From Candidatus Latescibacterota bacterium (GTDB lineage Bacteria; Latescibacterota; UBA2968; UBA8231): a stretch of DNA of 64,000 bases. A model generated the notes under the pieces. It did no database searches and was not told where the DNA came from. It saw only the letters and a program-made list of their open reading frames with translations. Of this stretch, positions 35,921 through 45,681 are shown piece after piece. Each line of letters opens with the position of its first letter. Position 1 is the stretch's first letter. The stretch lies in assembly GCA_965243025.1 (NCBI GenBank), contig CBDETY010000003.1:1568001-1632000 (forward strand), given 5' to 3'. Made by a program: the position numbers and the translations under genes.

Positions 35921-37711
35921 TCAGGCAGGTCTGGTTGCGATGCCGAGTTCGCGTAACTGGACTTCGTCGACCCCGCCTGGAGTTTGTTCCATAAGGCCGA
36001 ACGCCCGGTTGGTCTTGGGAAAGGCGATGACTTCCCGGATGGAGTCCTCTCCGGCGAGCATGGCGACAACGCGATCAAACCCGAATGCGATACCGCCGTG
36101 GGGGGGGGCCCCGTATTCGAGGGCATCGAGAAGAAAGCCGAATTTGCCCCTTGCCTCCTCCCGGGTCAGGGCCAGCAATTCGAAGATTTTCGACTGAAGA
36201 TCCCGCTGGAAAATCCGCATGCTTCCCCCCGCGATCTCAGTGCCGTTGAGCACGAGGTCGTAGGCACGAGCACGAGCTTTCAGCGGCTCGCTGGAAAGGA
36301 TGCCGACGTCCTCCTCCAGCGGAGACGTAAACGGATGATGGACGGCTGTGCAGCGCTCTTCCTCCTCATCGTACTCCAGAAGCGGGAATTCCGTCACCCA
36401 CAGGGGGCGCCACAAATTTTCCGGTACCAGGTCGAGCCGTCGGGCCAGCTCGAGCCGCAATGCGCTGAGCACCTTCGCCACTGTTTTCGGTTCGTCGGCC
36501 ACCAGCAGCAGGAGGTCTCCGGGTTCGGATCCCAACCCGGAAATCAGAAGTTCTCTGGATCGCCCGGGGAAGAACTTCATTATGGAGGATTCGGGACCGC
36601 TGTCGGTGTGTTTGATCCAGCTCAAACCCCCAGCCCCGGCATCCTGAGCAAAGGTGACCAACTGATCTATTTGACTTCTGGGTAACTGGCTGCCCCCCTT
36701 CACATTGATACCTTTTACCTGGCCACCTTTCTCAAGTGCTGCGTGGAAAACCTGGAACCGGGATGCAGCCGCCGCAGGACTGGCATCGTTCAGTTCGAGA
36801 CCGAAACGCAGGTCAGGTTTATCGCTGCCGAAGCGGTTCATCGCCTCCGAGTGGGTCATGCGTGGAAAAGGGTCCGGGAGTTCGATTCCGCCGATTTCAG
36901 CAAACAGACCTCGGGTTATGCGCTCGGATATCCCAAGTATGTCATCCTCGGTGATGAAGGACATTTCAAGGTCGATCTGGGTGAATTCCGGTTGTCGATC
37001 CGCACGCAGGTCCTCGTCCCGAAAGCACTTCACGATCTGGAAATAGCGATCGAATCCGGAAATCATCAGCAGTTGCTTGTACGTCTGCGGGGACTGGGGA
37101 AGAGCGTAGAAATGGCCCGGGTTTACACGACTCGGGACAAGGTAGTCCCGCGCTCCCTCAGGAGTACTGCGAACCAGAAAGGGGGTTTCGACCTCGGTAA
37201 ACCCTTCCGAATCCAGGATGCGGCGGGTTTTCTGGTAGCACCGATGCCTTATCAGCAGATTGCGCTGCATGGGAAGACGCCGCAAATCGAGATAACGATG
37301 ACGCAGCCTCAGCTCCTCGCTGACATCGACCTGGTCATCGAGGGGAAACGGGATCGGGATGGAGGTGTTGAGAATCTTCAGTGAATGGCAATTCACCTCT
37401 ATCCCGCCGGTTTTCAACCGGGGATTGACCATGCCTTCGGGGCGGTTCTCGACCTCGCCCTGTACCGCAATTACGAACTCGTTGCGCAGTGATTCCGCCT
37501 TGCGGTGCGACTCCGGATTGTTTTGGGGGTTGAAAACAACCTGAGTCACCCCGTAGCGATCCCGAAGATCGACGAAAATGACACCCCCGTGATCGCGTCG
37601 AGTCGCCACCCACCCCATGAGGGTCACCTGCTGTCCGAGGAAATCGGCAGTCAGGGTGCCGCAGTCGTGGGACCGCTGCCAGGCGCCCAGACCTTCAACG
37701 ATGTCAGACAT
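35921..37711 (-). CDS. aspS: Aspartate--tRNA(Asp/Asn) ligase
   Basis: RSHDCG, RDHGGVIFVDLRD, STPEGARDY, LPQSPQ, FRDEDLRADRQPEF, HHPFT, GAPPHGG, IAFPK. Confidence 0.98.
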   Translation of the reverse strand: MSDIVEGLGAWQRSHDCGTLTADFLGQQVTLMGWVATRRDHGGVIFVDLRDRYGVTQVVFNPQNNPESHRKAESLRNEFVIAVQGEVENRPEGMVNPRLKTGGIEVNCHSLKILNTSIPIPFPLDDQVDVSEELRLRHRYLDLRRLPMQRNLLIRHRCYQKTRRILDSEGFTEVETPFLVRSTPEGARDYLVPSRVNPGHFYALPQSPQTYKQLLMISGFDRYFQIVKCFRDEDLRADRQPEFTQIDLEMSFITEDDILGISERITRGLFAEIGGIELPDPFPRMTHSEAMNRFGSDKPDLRFGLELNDASPAAAASRFQVFHAALEKGGQVKGINVKGGSQLPRSQIDQLVTFAQDAGAGGLSWIKHTDSGPESSIMKFFPGRSRELLISGLGSEPGDLLLLVADEPKTVAKVLSALRLELARRLDLVPENLWRPLWVTEFPLLEYDEEEERCTAVHHPFTSPLEEDVGILSSEPLKARARAYDLVLNGTEIAGGSMRIFQRDLQSKIFELLALTREEARGKFGFLLDALEYGAPPHGGIAFGFDRVVAMLAGEDSIREVIAFPKTNRAFGLMEQTPGGVDEVQLRELGIATRPA

Positions 37712-37786
37712 ATCGCCGATGCTGAAGAGAGGAGTGAATCCCGGGCCAATCAACCGCCCGCAATCGAATGCCGGAGGAAGCGTTCA

Positions 37787-37815
37787 AGAATATGGGGTAC
37801 CCTTTACAATGTCAA
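37787..37815 (-). promoter_or_regulatory. Sigma70 promoter for aspS
   Basis: TTGACA-17 bp-TATTCT. Confidence 0.7.
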
Positions 37816-37884
37816 CGGATCGGAAATGCTGCGGATTTGGTGCAACTTGGTGTGTTCACGGGAGATAGGTGCATTCGAAGCGCG

Positions 37885-37912
37885 TTGACACTCCAATGTC
37901 CAAGGCTATATT
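37885..37912 (+). promoter_or_regulatory. Sigma70 promoter upstream of the cysteine cluster
   Basis: TTGACA-16 bp-TATATT, about 275 nt before the cysM start. Confidence 0.65.
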
Positions 37913-37935
37913 GGGAGTCTCCGTATTCCGGGAAA

Positions 37936-38154
37936 TCGGCCTTCAGCCAGCCCGGTGATGAAGTTGCTCTGCAGGCGAGGCCGAGTCGTGGCGGTCGAAG
38001 ACCTGGGGGCAGAAAAATCACGAAATCGGATCTGACCCCGGCCTGGATTTTCTGCCCCAACAAGGGCGTGCGACCGGGGCGAATCGAGGGATTCGGCGCC
38101 GTATTCGACCGCGAGGGGCCGGCAGCAGCCCGGATGGACTTTTCAACGGGCTGC
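37936..38154 (+). other. Candidate structured leader RNA
   Basis: Five stems, partly nested (see findings); no known family recognised. Confidence 0.35.
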
Positions 38155-38188
38155 CAGGAACAAGACAGGAAAAGGTTCGGAGCAGCGC

Positions 38189-39118
38189 TTGACAGGGACG
38201 AGGTCCGTGGTCGATCAAATCGGGCAGACGCCACTCCTGCGGCTGTACGACGAGGAACTCCCGCGAAACGTCGAGCTGTTCGCCAAGCTTGAATTCTTCA
38301 ATCCCGGCGGGTCGGTCAAAGACAGGCCCGCCCTGCGCATGATCAGGGATGGCGAGCGCAACGGGGAACTCGTCCCGGGCAAGGTCATCCTGGACTCGAC
38401 ATCCGGGAATACGGGAATTGCCTACGCCATGATTGGCGCGGCCCTGGGGTACCCCGTTCTGCTTGCGATGCCGGCGAGTGTTTCCCGGGAGCGAAAGGCC
38501 ATCCTCTCGGCATACGGTGCAGAAGTCGTTCTGACCGACCCGGGTGAGGGTTCGGACGGCGCCATTCTTCAGGCGCGGAAGATTTACGAGTCCTGCACGG
38601 GTGGCTTCTTCAAGCCCGATCAGTACAACAATCCGTCGAACTGGAAAGCCCACAGGGACACCACAGCACCGGAAATCTGGCGGGAAACAGGGGGGCGGGT
38701 CACCCATTTCGTCGCGACACTGGGAACGAGCGGAACCGCGATGGGCACAGGACGCGGCCTGAAGAGATATGACAGGGCGATCAAGGTCGTGGGCGTCGAG
38801 CCGGAACCGTTTCACGGTATCGAGGGCCTCAAACACATGGCCAGTTCGATCGTTCCGGGGATCTATGACGAGTCGTTTCTCGACAAAAAGATCACGGTCG
38901 ATACCGATATTGCCTACGACACGACATTGAGATTGGCGCGTGAGCGGGGATTGCTCGTGGGGCAGTCGTCAGGGGCCGCCTACTGGGCGGCGGTCGAAGT
39001 TGCACGGGGACTCGAGGAAGGGGTGGTGGTGACGGTATTCTGCGATGGCGGGGACAAGTACATGAGTACCCCAATGTGGCGGGAAACGTTGAAGGAAGCC
39101 GGAAATGTGGCGGCTTAG
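38189..39118 (+). CDS. cysM: PLP-dependent cysteine synthase, CysM type (probably sulfur-carrier dependent)
   Basis: NPGGSVKDR, TSGNTG, DQYNN, LGTSGT, IEGLKHM, GQSSGA; adjacent to mec and cysO. Confidence 0.88.
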   Translation: MTGTRSVVDQIGQTPLLRLYDEELPRNVELFAKLEFFNPGGSVKDRPALRMIRDGERNGELVPGKVILDSTSGNTGIAYAMIGAALGYPVLLAMPASVSRERKAILSAYGAEVVLTDPGEGSDGAILQARKIYESCTGGFFKPDQYNNPSNWKAHRDTTAPEIWRETGGRVTHFVATLGTSGTAMGTGRGLKRYDRAIKVVGVEPEPFHGIEGLKHMASSIVPGIYDESFLDKKITVDTDIAYDTTLRLARERGLLVGQSSGAAYWAAVEVARGLEEGVVVTVFCDGGDKYMSTPMWRETLKEAGNVAA

Positions 39119-39133
39119 GGAGGTTCGTTAAGG

Positions 39134-39610
39134 GTGCCGGTTCTCAGGTTGAGTGCACGAGGCATGAAGAGTATTGTTCAGCATGCAGAGGCGCAGCACC
39201 CTGCCGAGTGCTGCGGGATCCTCACAGCGGGAAGGAACAGCCAGTTATCGCAAGTTCACCCGTGTGAGAACATCCAGGACCGCCTGCACCAGGAAGACCC
39301 GACGCGGTTCCCTCGCGACTCCCGAATCGCCTACTACATCGATTCACAGGAGCAGTTTCGGATCATTTCCGCCGCCCAATGCCAAGGGGGTCGGGTATCG
39401 GGTTTCTATCACTCCCACGTCGACTGCGATGCCTACTTTTCGGATGAAGACAAGGAACGGGCCATGGTTTGGGGGGAGCCGGCTTTTCCCGATGCGGTGT
39501 ATCTCGTGGTATCGGTGTTCGGCGAGGGCGTCCGCGACCACAAGGCGTTCGCCTGGGACGAGGACGAACGGGATTTCACGGAGGTAGGCGTGGAAGTCTC
39601 CCCGGGGTGA
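39134..39610 (+). CDS. mec: JAMM/M67 metallopeptidase (Mec-like)
   Basis: AECCGIL and YHSHVDCDAYFSDED, the E...HxH-x7-SxxD motif. Confidence 0.9.
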   Translation: MPVLRLSARGMKSIVQHAEAQHPAECCGILTAGRNSQLSQVHPCENIQDRLHQEDPTRFPRDSRIAYYIDSQEQFRIISAAQCQGGRVSGFYHSHVDCDAYFSDEDKERAMVWGEPAFPDAVYLVVSVFGEGVRDHKAFAWDEDERDFTEVGVEVSPG

Positions 39611-39780
39611 ACGAGCGCTTTCGAAAACCCTTTCAGTCGAACCGGGACATTACCGTATCCGACTTTGAAACCGCGCCGTTCCCGAACCGGTGCCCTCATT
39701 TTCTTGCGCCAATCGGTCGGGTATCATTGTACTGAATTCAGACCGCGGGAAGACCGCACACAACCTGAAGGGAGGTAGAT

Positions 39781-40065
39781 ATGGCAATTTCCGTAAACGT
39801 ACCGACTCCACTCAGAAAGCTGACGGACAATCAAGCGGAAGTAGAGATCGATGCCGCATCCGTTGAGGAGTTGATAGATGGCCTTGAGAACGCCCACGCT
39901 GGTATCAAGGAGAAACTGCTGGACGAGTCGGGAGATATACGTCGCTACGTCAACATCTTTGTCAATGACGAGGATATTCGCTTCCTGGAAGGCAAAGAGA
40001 CGGAACTCAGGGACGGCGACAACGTCTCCATCGTTCCTTCCATTGCAGGAGGAGGCCGAAGGTAG
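39781..40065 (+). CDS. cysO: Ubiquitin-like sulfur carrier (MoaD/ThiS/CysO)
   Basis: VPTPLR, YVNIFVNDEDIRFL, GDNVSIVPSIAGG plus a GRR tail; RBS GGAGGT. Confidence 0.9.
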   Translation: MAISVNVPTPLRKLTDNQAEVEIDAASVEELIDGLENAHAGIKEKLLDESGDIRRYVNIFVNDEDIRFLEGKETELRDGDNVSIVPSIAGGGRR

Positions 40066-40248
40066 CTCCTCGCAACGGTTCGAACCGGCTCCACCGAAAG
40101 CCTTCCCCGAGGCATTCCCTGACGGAGAAGCCAGGAACGGTGATTGTTCCCAGCCAAAGAATCCTTCCAGACCATCCTTCCCGCATCGCAGGCCTGGGTT
40201 GGCCGACGGCGGTATTCTCAGCAATTCCGGTATAGATCAGACGGCTCC

Positions 40249-41166
40249 ATGAGAACGGTTGAAAATGTCCTCGGGTTGATCGGGGCTACCCCCATCGTGC
40301 GCCTCAATCGAGTGGTAGAGAAGGGAGCAGCAGAAGTCTGGGGAAAACTCGAGTCAGCAAACCCGGGGGGAAGCGTAAAAGACCGCATAGCGTTGGCGAT
40401 GGTCGAGGCCGCCGAGGAGGCCGGCGACCTGAAGCCCGGAGGTACCATCGTCGAGCCGACCAGCGGCAACACGGGTATCGGATTGGCGATGGTTGCCGCC
40501 GTAAAAGGATACAAGCTGATCGTCACCATGTTCGACACTGCCAGCCGCGAGCGACGGCTGCAGATGCAGGCATACGGAGCAGAGGTCCTTCTCACACCGG
40601 CGTCCGAGGGAATGCGGGGTGCCATCAAGCGGGCCGTTGCGTTGAAGGCCGAGAACCCTGACTACTTCCTCCCGCAGCAGTTTGCGAACCAGGCCAATCC
40701 CGAAATACACAGACTCACCACGGGTAGTGAAATCCTGCAACAGTTGAACCGGAAGGTTGACGCGCTCGTGGCCGGCGTCGGTACCGGTGGGTCGGTTACC
40801 GGCGTCGGTGGAGTCCTGAAACGGGATTTGCCCGAAATCCGGGTGGTTGCGGTTGAACCGGAGGGATCCCCCGTTCTGTCGGGTGGGGACCCTGGTCTCA
40901 GCTATATCGAGGGAATCGGTGCCGGGTTTGTCCCTGAAATCCTCGAAATGGACATCCTGGATGAGGTCCGGACAGTAAGTGACGACGACGCATACGCCAT
41001 GTCCCGGCGCCTGGCGCGTGAGGAAGGTTTGCTCGTGGGCGTATCTGCCGGAGGCAACGTTTTCAAAGCTGTCGAAGTCGCTCGAGAAATGGGGGAGGGC
41101 AAGCGGGTCGTGACCATCCTTTGCGACAGCGGATTGAGATACTTGAGCGCCGGTGTGTACGATTGA
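40249..41166 (+). CDS. cysK: Cysteine synthase A
   Basis: NPGGSVKDR, EPTSGNTG, QQFAN, GVGTGGS, IEGIGAGF, CDSGLRYLS. Confidence 0.92.
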   Translation: MRTVENVLGLIGATPIVRLNRVVEKGAAEVWGKLESANPGGSVKDRIALAMVEAAEEAGDLKPGGTIVEPTSGNTGIGLAMVAAVKGYKLIVTMFDTASRERRLQMQAYGAEVLLTPASEGMRGAIKRAVALKAENPDYFLPQQFANQANPEIHRLTTGSEILQQLNRKVDALVAGVGTGGSVTGVGGVLKRDLPEIRVVAVEPEGSPVLSGGDPGLSYIEGIGAGFVPEILEMDILDEVRTVSDDDAYAMSRRLAREEGLLVGVSAGGNVFKAVEVAREMGEGKRVVTILCDSGLRYLSAGVYD

Positions 41167-41224
41167 TCCCCACTTTCAGGCAACCGGCCGGGGACCTCGC
41201 CTCCTCCCTGTCCAAACCCAAATG

Positions 41225-41260
41225 AAAAACCCCGCGGTATCGCATTGGATACGCGGGGTT
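41225..41260 (-). terminator. Intrinsic terminator of rpsT (possibly bidirectional)
   Basis: Minus strand: CCCCGCGTATC-loop-GATACCGCGGGG followed by TTTTT. Confidence 0.65.
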
Positions 41261-41283
41261 GATCCACCACTTCCGGCGCATGC

Positions 41284-41538
41284 TCAAGCCATGTCAGCCA
41301 CTCGCGCAGCAAGCCTTGATTTTGTGCGCGCGGCGGTGTTGAAGGGGAGGATTCCCTTTCTCGCAGTCTTGTCAATCAAGGAAACTGCTGATTTGAGAGC
41401 CTGTTGCGCCGTTTCGGCATCTTCTGCTGCGTAAACATTTTTCACCGCAGTTCGCACTGCTGAGACGTGGCCTCGATTTCTCGTCCTCTGCGAAAAACTC
41501 TTGGTGAGTCGTTTCTTTGAAGATTTCAGCTTCGGCAC
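41284..41538 (-). CDS. rpsT: 30S ribosomal protein S20
   Basis: PKLKSSKKR, RN, IDKTARKGIL, NTAARTKSRL; GTG start; divergent from lepA. Confidence 0.93.
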   Translation of the reverse strand: MPKLKSSKKRLTKSFSQRTRNRGHVSAVRTAVKNVYAAEDAETAQQALKSAVSLIDKTARKGILPFNTAARTKSRLAARVADMA

Positions 41539-41804
41539 GCTGTTTCTTCCCCTCTTTTTTGAAGCCCTTCCCATCGGGTATGCCAAAAGCGGCGATGCAC
41601 TCCCAAAAGGCCGGGCCGGTTGGTCGAATTGACCGCTGAGCCGAACAGGAAAGTTTCAAGATAGCTGCGTTGTTTCATTTGGGCAAGGAGGGATTACCTG
41701 CATTGAGGGCTTTTCGGGCGGGAGGACGATGGACCGAAACCGAGGCTCTCCAAATTGACTCGAAAGAGTCCCCTGGAGTCCGGGGAATTGGTGTAAGTTC
41801 CGGT

Positions 41805-41834
41805 TTGACAGGAAGATGCAGGGATGTCTATTTT
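41805..41834 (+). promoter_or_regulatory. Candidate promoter of the lepA operon
   Basis: TTGACA-18 bp-TATTTT. Confidence 0.5.
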
Positions 41835-41948
41835 CGGGCCCAATCGGTAATGCCCCGATACCGTTCCTTTTCTTCCCACCAGTTTCAGATCATCCTGCCG
41901 CCCCACCCGGGGGAATCAGAACCCGGCAAGCCTTGAACCGGTAATTCC

Positions 41949-43763
41949 GTGACAGATCCGAGCAAGCAGTTTTTAACGCGCAACTTCTGCATTATCGCCC
42001 ATATCGATCACGGCAAATCCACCCTTGCCGATCGCCTTCTCGAGTACACCGAAACCCTCGCTCCCAAGCAGATGCAGGACCAGGTCCTCGACAACATGGA
42101 CCTCGAGCGGGAGCGCGGGATAACAATCAAGGCGCACGCCGTGCACATGCAACACAGGGCCCGGGGCGGGGAAGAGTATGCCTTCAATCTGATCGACACC
42201 CCGGGGCACGTGGACTTCGCGTACGAGGTCTCGCGAAGCCTGGCCGCCTGCGAGGGAGCTGTGCTGGTGGTCGATGCCACCCAGGGTGTCGAAGCGCAGA
42301 CGGTGAGCAACCTCTTGCTCGCCATGGGTCACGACTTGGCGGTAATCCCCTGTATCAACAAGATCGATATGCCAGGTGCGCAGGTAGCCAGCGTCCGCCA
42401 ACAGATCGCCGACCTGATCGGGGAAGGAGCCGAAGAAGAGGTTATCTGCATCAGCGCCAGGGAGGGGATTGGAATCGAGAAGGTCACCCAGGCGATCGTC
42501 GATCGGGTCCCGCCTCCCACAGGTCAGGAAACAGGCCCCCTTCGAGCCCTGGTTTTCGATTCCCTCTACGACCAGTACCGGGGCGTCATCTGTTTCATCC
42601 GCGTCGTCGATGGAGAGATTCGCAAAGGGGGAAAAATACGCTTCCATTCAACGGGCAGGGAATACGAGGTGGAGGAGATCGGGCGACTGCGAATCGAGCG
42701 GATTCCGTGCGATTCACTCCAGGCGGGGGATGTCGGCTATCTGATTGCCGGAGTAAAGAGGCTCTCAGAAGCCCGTGTAGGTGACACTGTCCTCGACTCC
42801 GGAGCGGCAAAGGTCGATCCGCTTCCTGGATACATGCCCCTCAAACCGATGGTATTCAGCGGGGTTTACCCCGTCCACCCCGACCAGCACGCCGTACTTC
42901 GGGACGCCCTGGACCGACTGGGGTTGAACGACGCCGCCTTCACCTACGAACCGGAGACCTCGCCGGCCCTGGGGTTCGGTTTCCGCTGCGGATTCCTTGG
43001 GCTTCTGCACATGGAGATCGTTCAGGAGAGGCTGGATCGGGAGTATCAGATCGAAATCATCACCACCTTGCCGAACGTGCGCTACGAAGTCTCCACCAAA
43101 AGGGGGGAGGTGGTTGAGGTCGACAACCCCTCCCTGCTGCCGTCCCCGGGTGAAATCGACGAAATCCGCGAACCCATGCTTGACGCGCAGATCCTGGTTC
43201 CCAGCCAGTTCATCGGCAGTGTCATGCAGGTCGCCGAAGACCGCCGCGGTTCGTACGTAAACACCGAATACCTGGACGGCAGCCGCGCACTCCTCCATTA
43301 CGAGCTGCCACTCGCCGAAGTCGTCGTCGATTTCTACGACCGGCTGAAGTCGGTATCGCGGGGGTACGCATCGTTGGATTACGAGCACAGGGAGATGCGG
43401 GCAGGTCCCCTGCAGCGAGTCGACGTGCTGATCAACGGAGACCTGATGGACGCCCTGGCCGTTATCATTCACCGCGACAAGGCGCAGGACTGGGGACGCC
43501 GGTTGTGCGCCAAGCTCAAGGAGCTGATTCCGCGGCAGATGTTCGAAGTGGTGATCCAGGCGGCAATCGGCAGCAAGGTGATCGCTCGCGAGACCGTAAG
43601 GCCATTCCGGAAAAACGTGGTCGCCAAGTGCTACGGCGGCGATGTGACGCGCAAGCGCAAGCTGCTGGAGCGCCAGAAAGAGGGGAAGAAGCGGATGAAA
43701 CGGTTCGGCAACGTCGAAATCCCTCAGGAGGCATTTCTGGCCGCGCTCAGAATCGAGGACTGA
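41949..43763 (+). CDS. lepA: Elongation factor 4
   Basis: RNFCIIAHIDHGKSTLADR, RGITIK, DTPGHVDF, NKID, GFRCGFLGLLH, KCYGGD. Confidence 0.98.
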   Translation: MTDPSKQFLTRNFCIIAHIDHGKSTLADRLLEYTETLAPKQMQDQVLDNMDLERERGITIKAHAVHMQHRARGGEEYAFNLIDTPGHVDFAYEVSRSLAACEGAVLVVDATQGVEAQTVSNLLLAMGHDLAVIPCINKIDMPGAQVASVRQQIADLIGEGAEEEVICISAREGIGIEKVTQAIVDRVPPPTGQETGPLRALVFDSLYDQYRGVICFIRVVDGEIRKGGKIRFHSTGREYEVEEIGRLRIERIPCDSLQAGDVGYLIAGVKRLSEARVGDTVLDSGAAKVDPLPGYMPLKPMVFSGVYPVHPDQHAVLRDALDRLGLNDAAFTYEPETSPALGFGFRCGFLGLLHMEIVQERLDREYQIEIITTLPNVRYEVSTKRGEVVEVDNPSLLPSPGEIDEIREPMLDAQILVPSQFIGSVMQVAEDRRGSYVNTEYLDGSRALLHYELPLAEVVVDFYDRLKSVSRGYASLDYEHREMRAGPLQRVDVLINGDLMDALAVIIHRDKAQDWGRRLCAKLKELIPRQMFEVVIQAAIGSKVIARETVRPFRKNVVAKCYGGDVTRKRKLLERQKEGKKRMKRFGNVEIPQEAFLAALRIED

Positions 43764-44509
43764 TGGCGGCGCGAGGCAGACCCGCTGATATGGGACGCAG
43801 TAAAACCACCAGGAAAAAAGCGAGTCCGGGAAAGCTGGTACGTGCGAAGAAAAAGGAGAAGGCATGGAAAAAAGCGCCTGTCCTGACAGCGGTGGCGGCA
43901 GCAGGCCTGACGGCCGCTCTCTTCCTTGACGGCTACCGGATTCCTTCCCGTTCCATGGAGGACACCGTTCTCTACGGGGATTACCTCCTGATCGAAAAAA
44001 TCTCATACGGCGCCCGAATCCCGTTTACGAAAATCCGCCTTCCCGGGGTGCGGGACCCGCGCCCCGGTGACGTGGTTATTTTCCGGGCGCCGGACAGCCA
44101 TCGACTGTACGCAAAGAGGTGCGTTGCAGTGGGCGGACAGAGAATCGAGGTGAGGAGAAAGGTGCTGTATGTTGACGGTGTCCGGCTGCGGGATCCGCCG
44201 TTCTCCAAGTACCTCGATCCCCGTGTATACGAGGCCTCGCAAACTCCAAGGGACAACATGGCCCCGATCGAAGTCCCGGACGGCCATCTGTTTCTCGTCG
44301 GGGACAACCGCGACAACAGCCGGGACAGCCGTCACTGGGGGCCGCTGCCCAACGAACTCGCAGTCGGACGCGGCCTCCTGGTGTGCTGGTCGTCGGAACC
44401 CGAAGTCCCGGATCGAGGGGACGGGAACCCCCGGGTTTCCTCTTTCGACTCGATTCGCTCCCTGCCCTGGCGGATCCGGTGGTCGCGGCTGGGAGATGCG
44501 GTGATCTGA
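43763..44509 (+). CDS. lepB: Signal peptidase I
   Basis: IPSRSMEDT (Ser), KRCVA (Lys), GDNRDNSRDSRHWG; TGATG coupling. Confidence 0.93.
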   Translation: MAARGRPADMGRSKTTRKKASPGKLVRAKKKEKAWKKAPVLTAVAAAGLTAALFLDGYRIPSRSMEDTVLYGDYLLIEKISYGARIPFTKIRLPGVRDPRPGDVVIFRAPDSHRLYAKRCVAVGGQRIEVRRKVLYVDGVRLRDPPFSKYLDPRVYEASQTPRDNMAPIEVPDGHLFLVGDNRDNSRDSRHWGPLPNELAVGRGLLVCWSSEPEVPDRGDGNPRVSSFDSIRSLPWRIRWSRLGDAVI

Positions 44510-45681
44510 TGACCGCCTCCCTTCACAGGAAAACGAAACGGGCGGGGTTGTACGTGCATATTCCGTTCTGCCCGCAGCACTGTCCCTATTGCGGCTTTGC
44601 CGTGGTCGCGGGCAGGCGGTCCTACCACGAGCGTTACGTCGATGCGGTGTGCCGGGAACTGGCATGCCGTGGGGAGGAGATCCAGGGTCTGTTCGCTACG
44701 GTCTATTTCGGCGGCGGTACTCCCAGCCGCCTCGAGGCACCCCACCTTTCCCGGATTCTCGAAACCGCCGACAGCACCTGCGGGATCGCAGCGGATTGCG
44801 AGATCACCATGGAAGCGAATCCGGGAAGAGAGGACAGCGCCCGGTTCGGAGACTTCCGGAAGATCGGGTTCAACCGCATCAGTATCGGGGCCCAGTCGTT
44901 CCGCGACTCCTGCCTGAAAAAGCTTGGCCGTCTTCACTCCGCCGTCGACGCGGAGGCGGCCTTCGAATCCGCTCGAAGGGCGGGGTTCGCCAGCGTCAAT
45001 CTCGACCTGATCTTTGCCGTTCCGGGAGCGCCACGCAGCGATTGGCAGGGGACCCTGGACACTGTCATACGTCTCTCTCCCGACCATGTATCGACCTATT
45101 CATTGACGATAGAGGAAGGGACCAGGCTGGAGAAACAGGTTGCTTCAGGCCGCGTTCGACCGCAATCCGAGGATGAAGAGGCGGAACAGTTCTCCCTGGG
45201 AATCGAAGCGCTTTCCCGAGCGGGGTACGAGCAGTACGAGGTGTCGAACTTCGCCAGGCCCGGCCATCGTTGCCGTCACAATTCGGCATACTGGTCCCGT
45301 GGGGAGTACCTCGGGGTAGGCATGTCGGCGCACAGCCATTTGAAGGGAGTGCGCAGCTGGAACCGTGCCGGCCTGCACGAATACCTGGGCGCGGTTGAAG
45401 GGGGAGATTCCCCTGCAGCGGGGCAGGAGTTCATCGACCCGTCCACCGGGAACAGGGAGCGCCTGTTTCTCGGGCTGCGCACCAGGGACGGAGTGGCCTT
45501 GAGCAAAAGGGAGAGGCTGCGTCTCTGGAACGAACTGAAGGGGGTTCCACTTGTGACGGAGGGCTATCTCGAGATGGGAGACAGCCATGTGCGGCTCACG
45601 CCAAAAGGGATGCCGGTGGCCGACGCGATCAGCGTCGAGATGGCGGAGCTGTTCGAGCACTGCGCGCGCGGGCCGGCGTGA
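44509..45681 (+). CDS. hemW: Radical SAM heme chaperone HemW
   Basis: LYVHIPFCPQHCPYC, GGGTPS, EANP, YEVSN, HNSAYW. Confidence 0.92.
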   Translation: MTASLHRKTKRAGLYVHIPFCPQHCPYCGFAVVAGRRSYHERYVDAVCRELACRGEEIQGLFATVYFGGGTPSRLEAPHLSRILETADSTCGIAADCEITMEANPGREDSARFGDFRKIGFNRISIGAQSFRDSCLKKLGRLHSAVDAEAAFESARRAGFASVNLDLIFAVPGAPRSDWQGTLDTVIRLSPDHVSTYSLTIEEGTRLEKQVASGRVRPQSEDEEAEQFSLGIEALSRAGYEQYEVSNFARPGHRCRHNSAYWSRGEYLGVGMSAHSHLKGVRSWNRAGLHEYLGAVEGGDSPAAGQEFIDPSTGNRERLFLGLRTRDGVALSKRERLRLWNELKGVPLVTEGYLEMGDSHVRLTPKGMPVADAISVEMAELFEHCARGPA

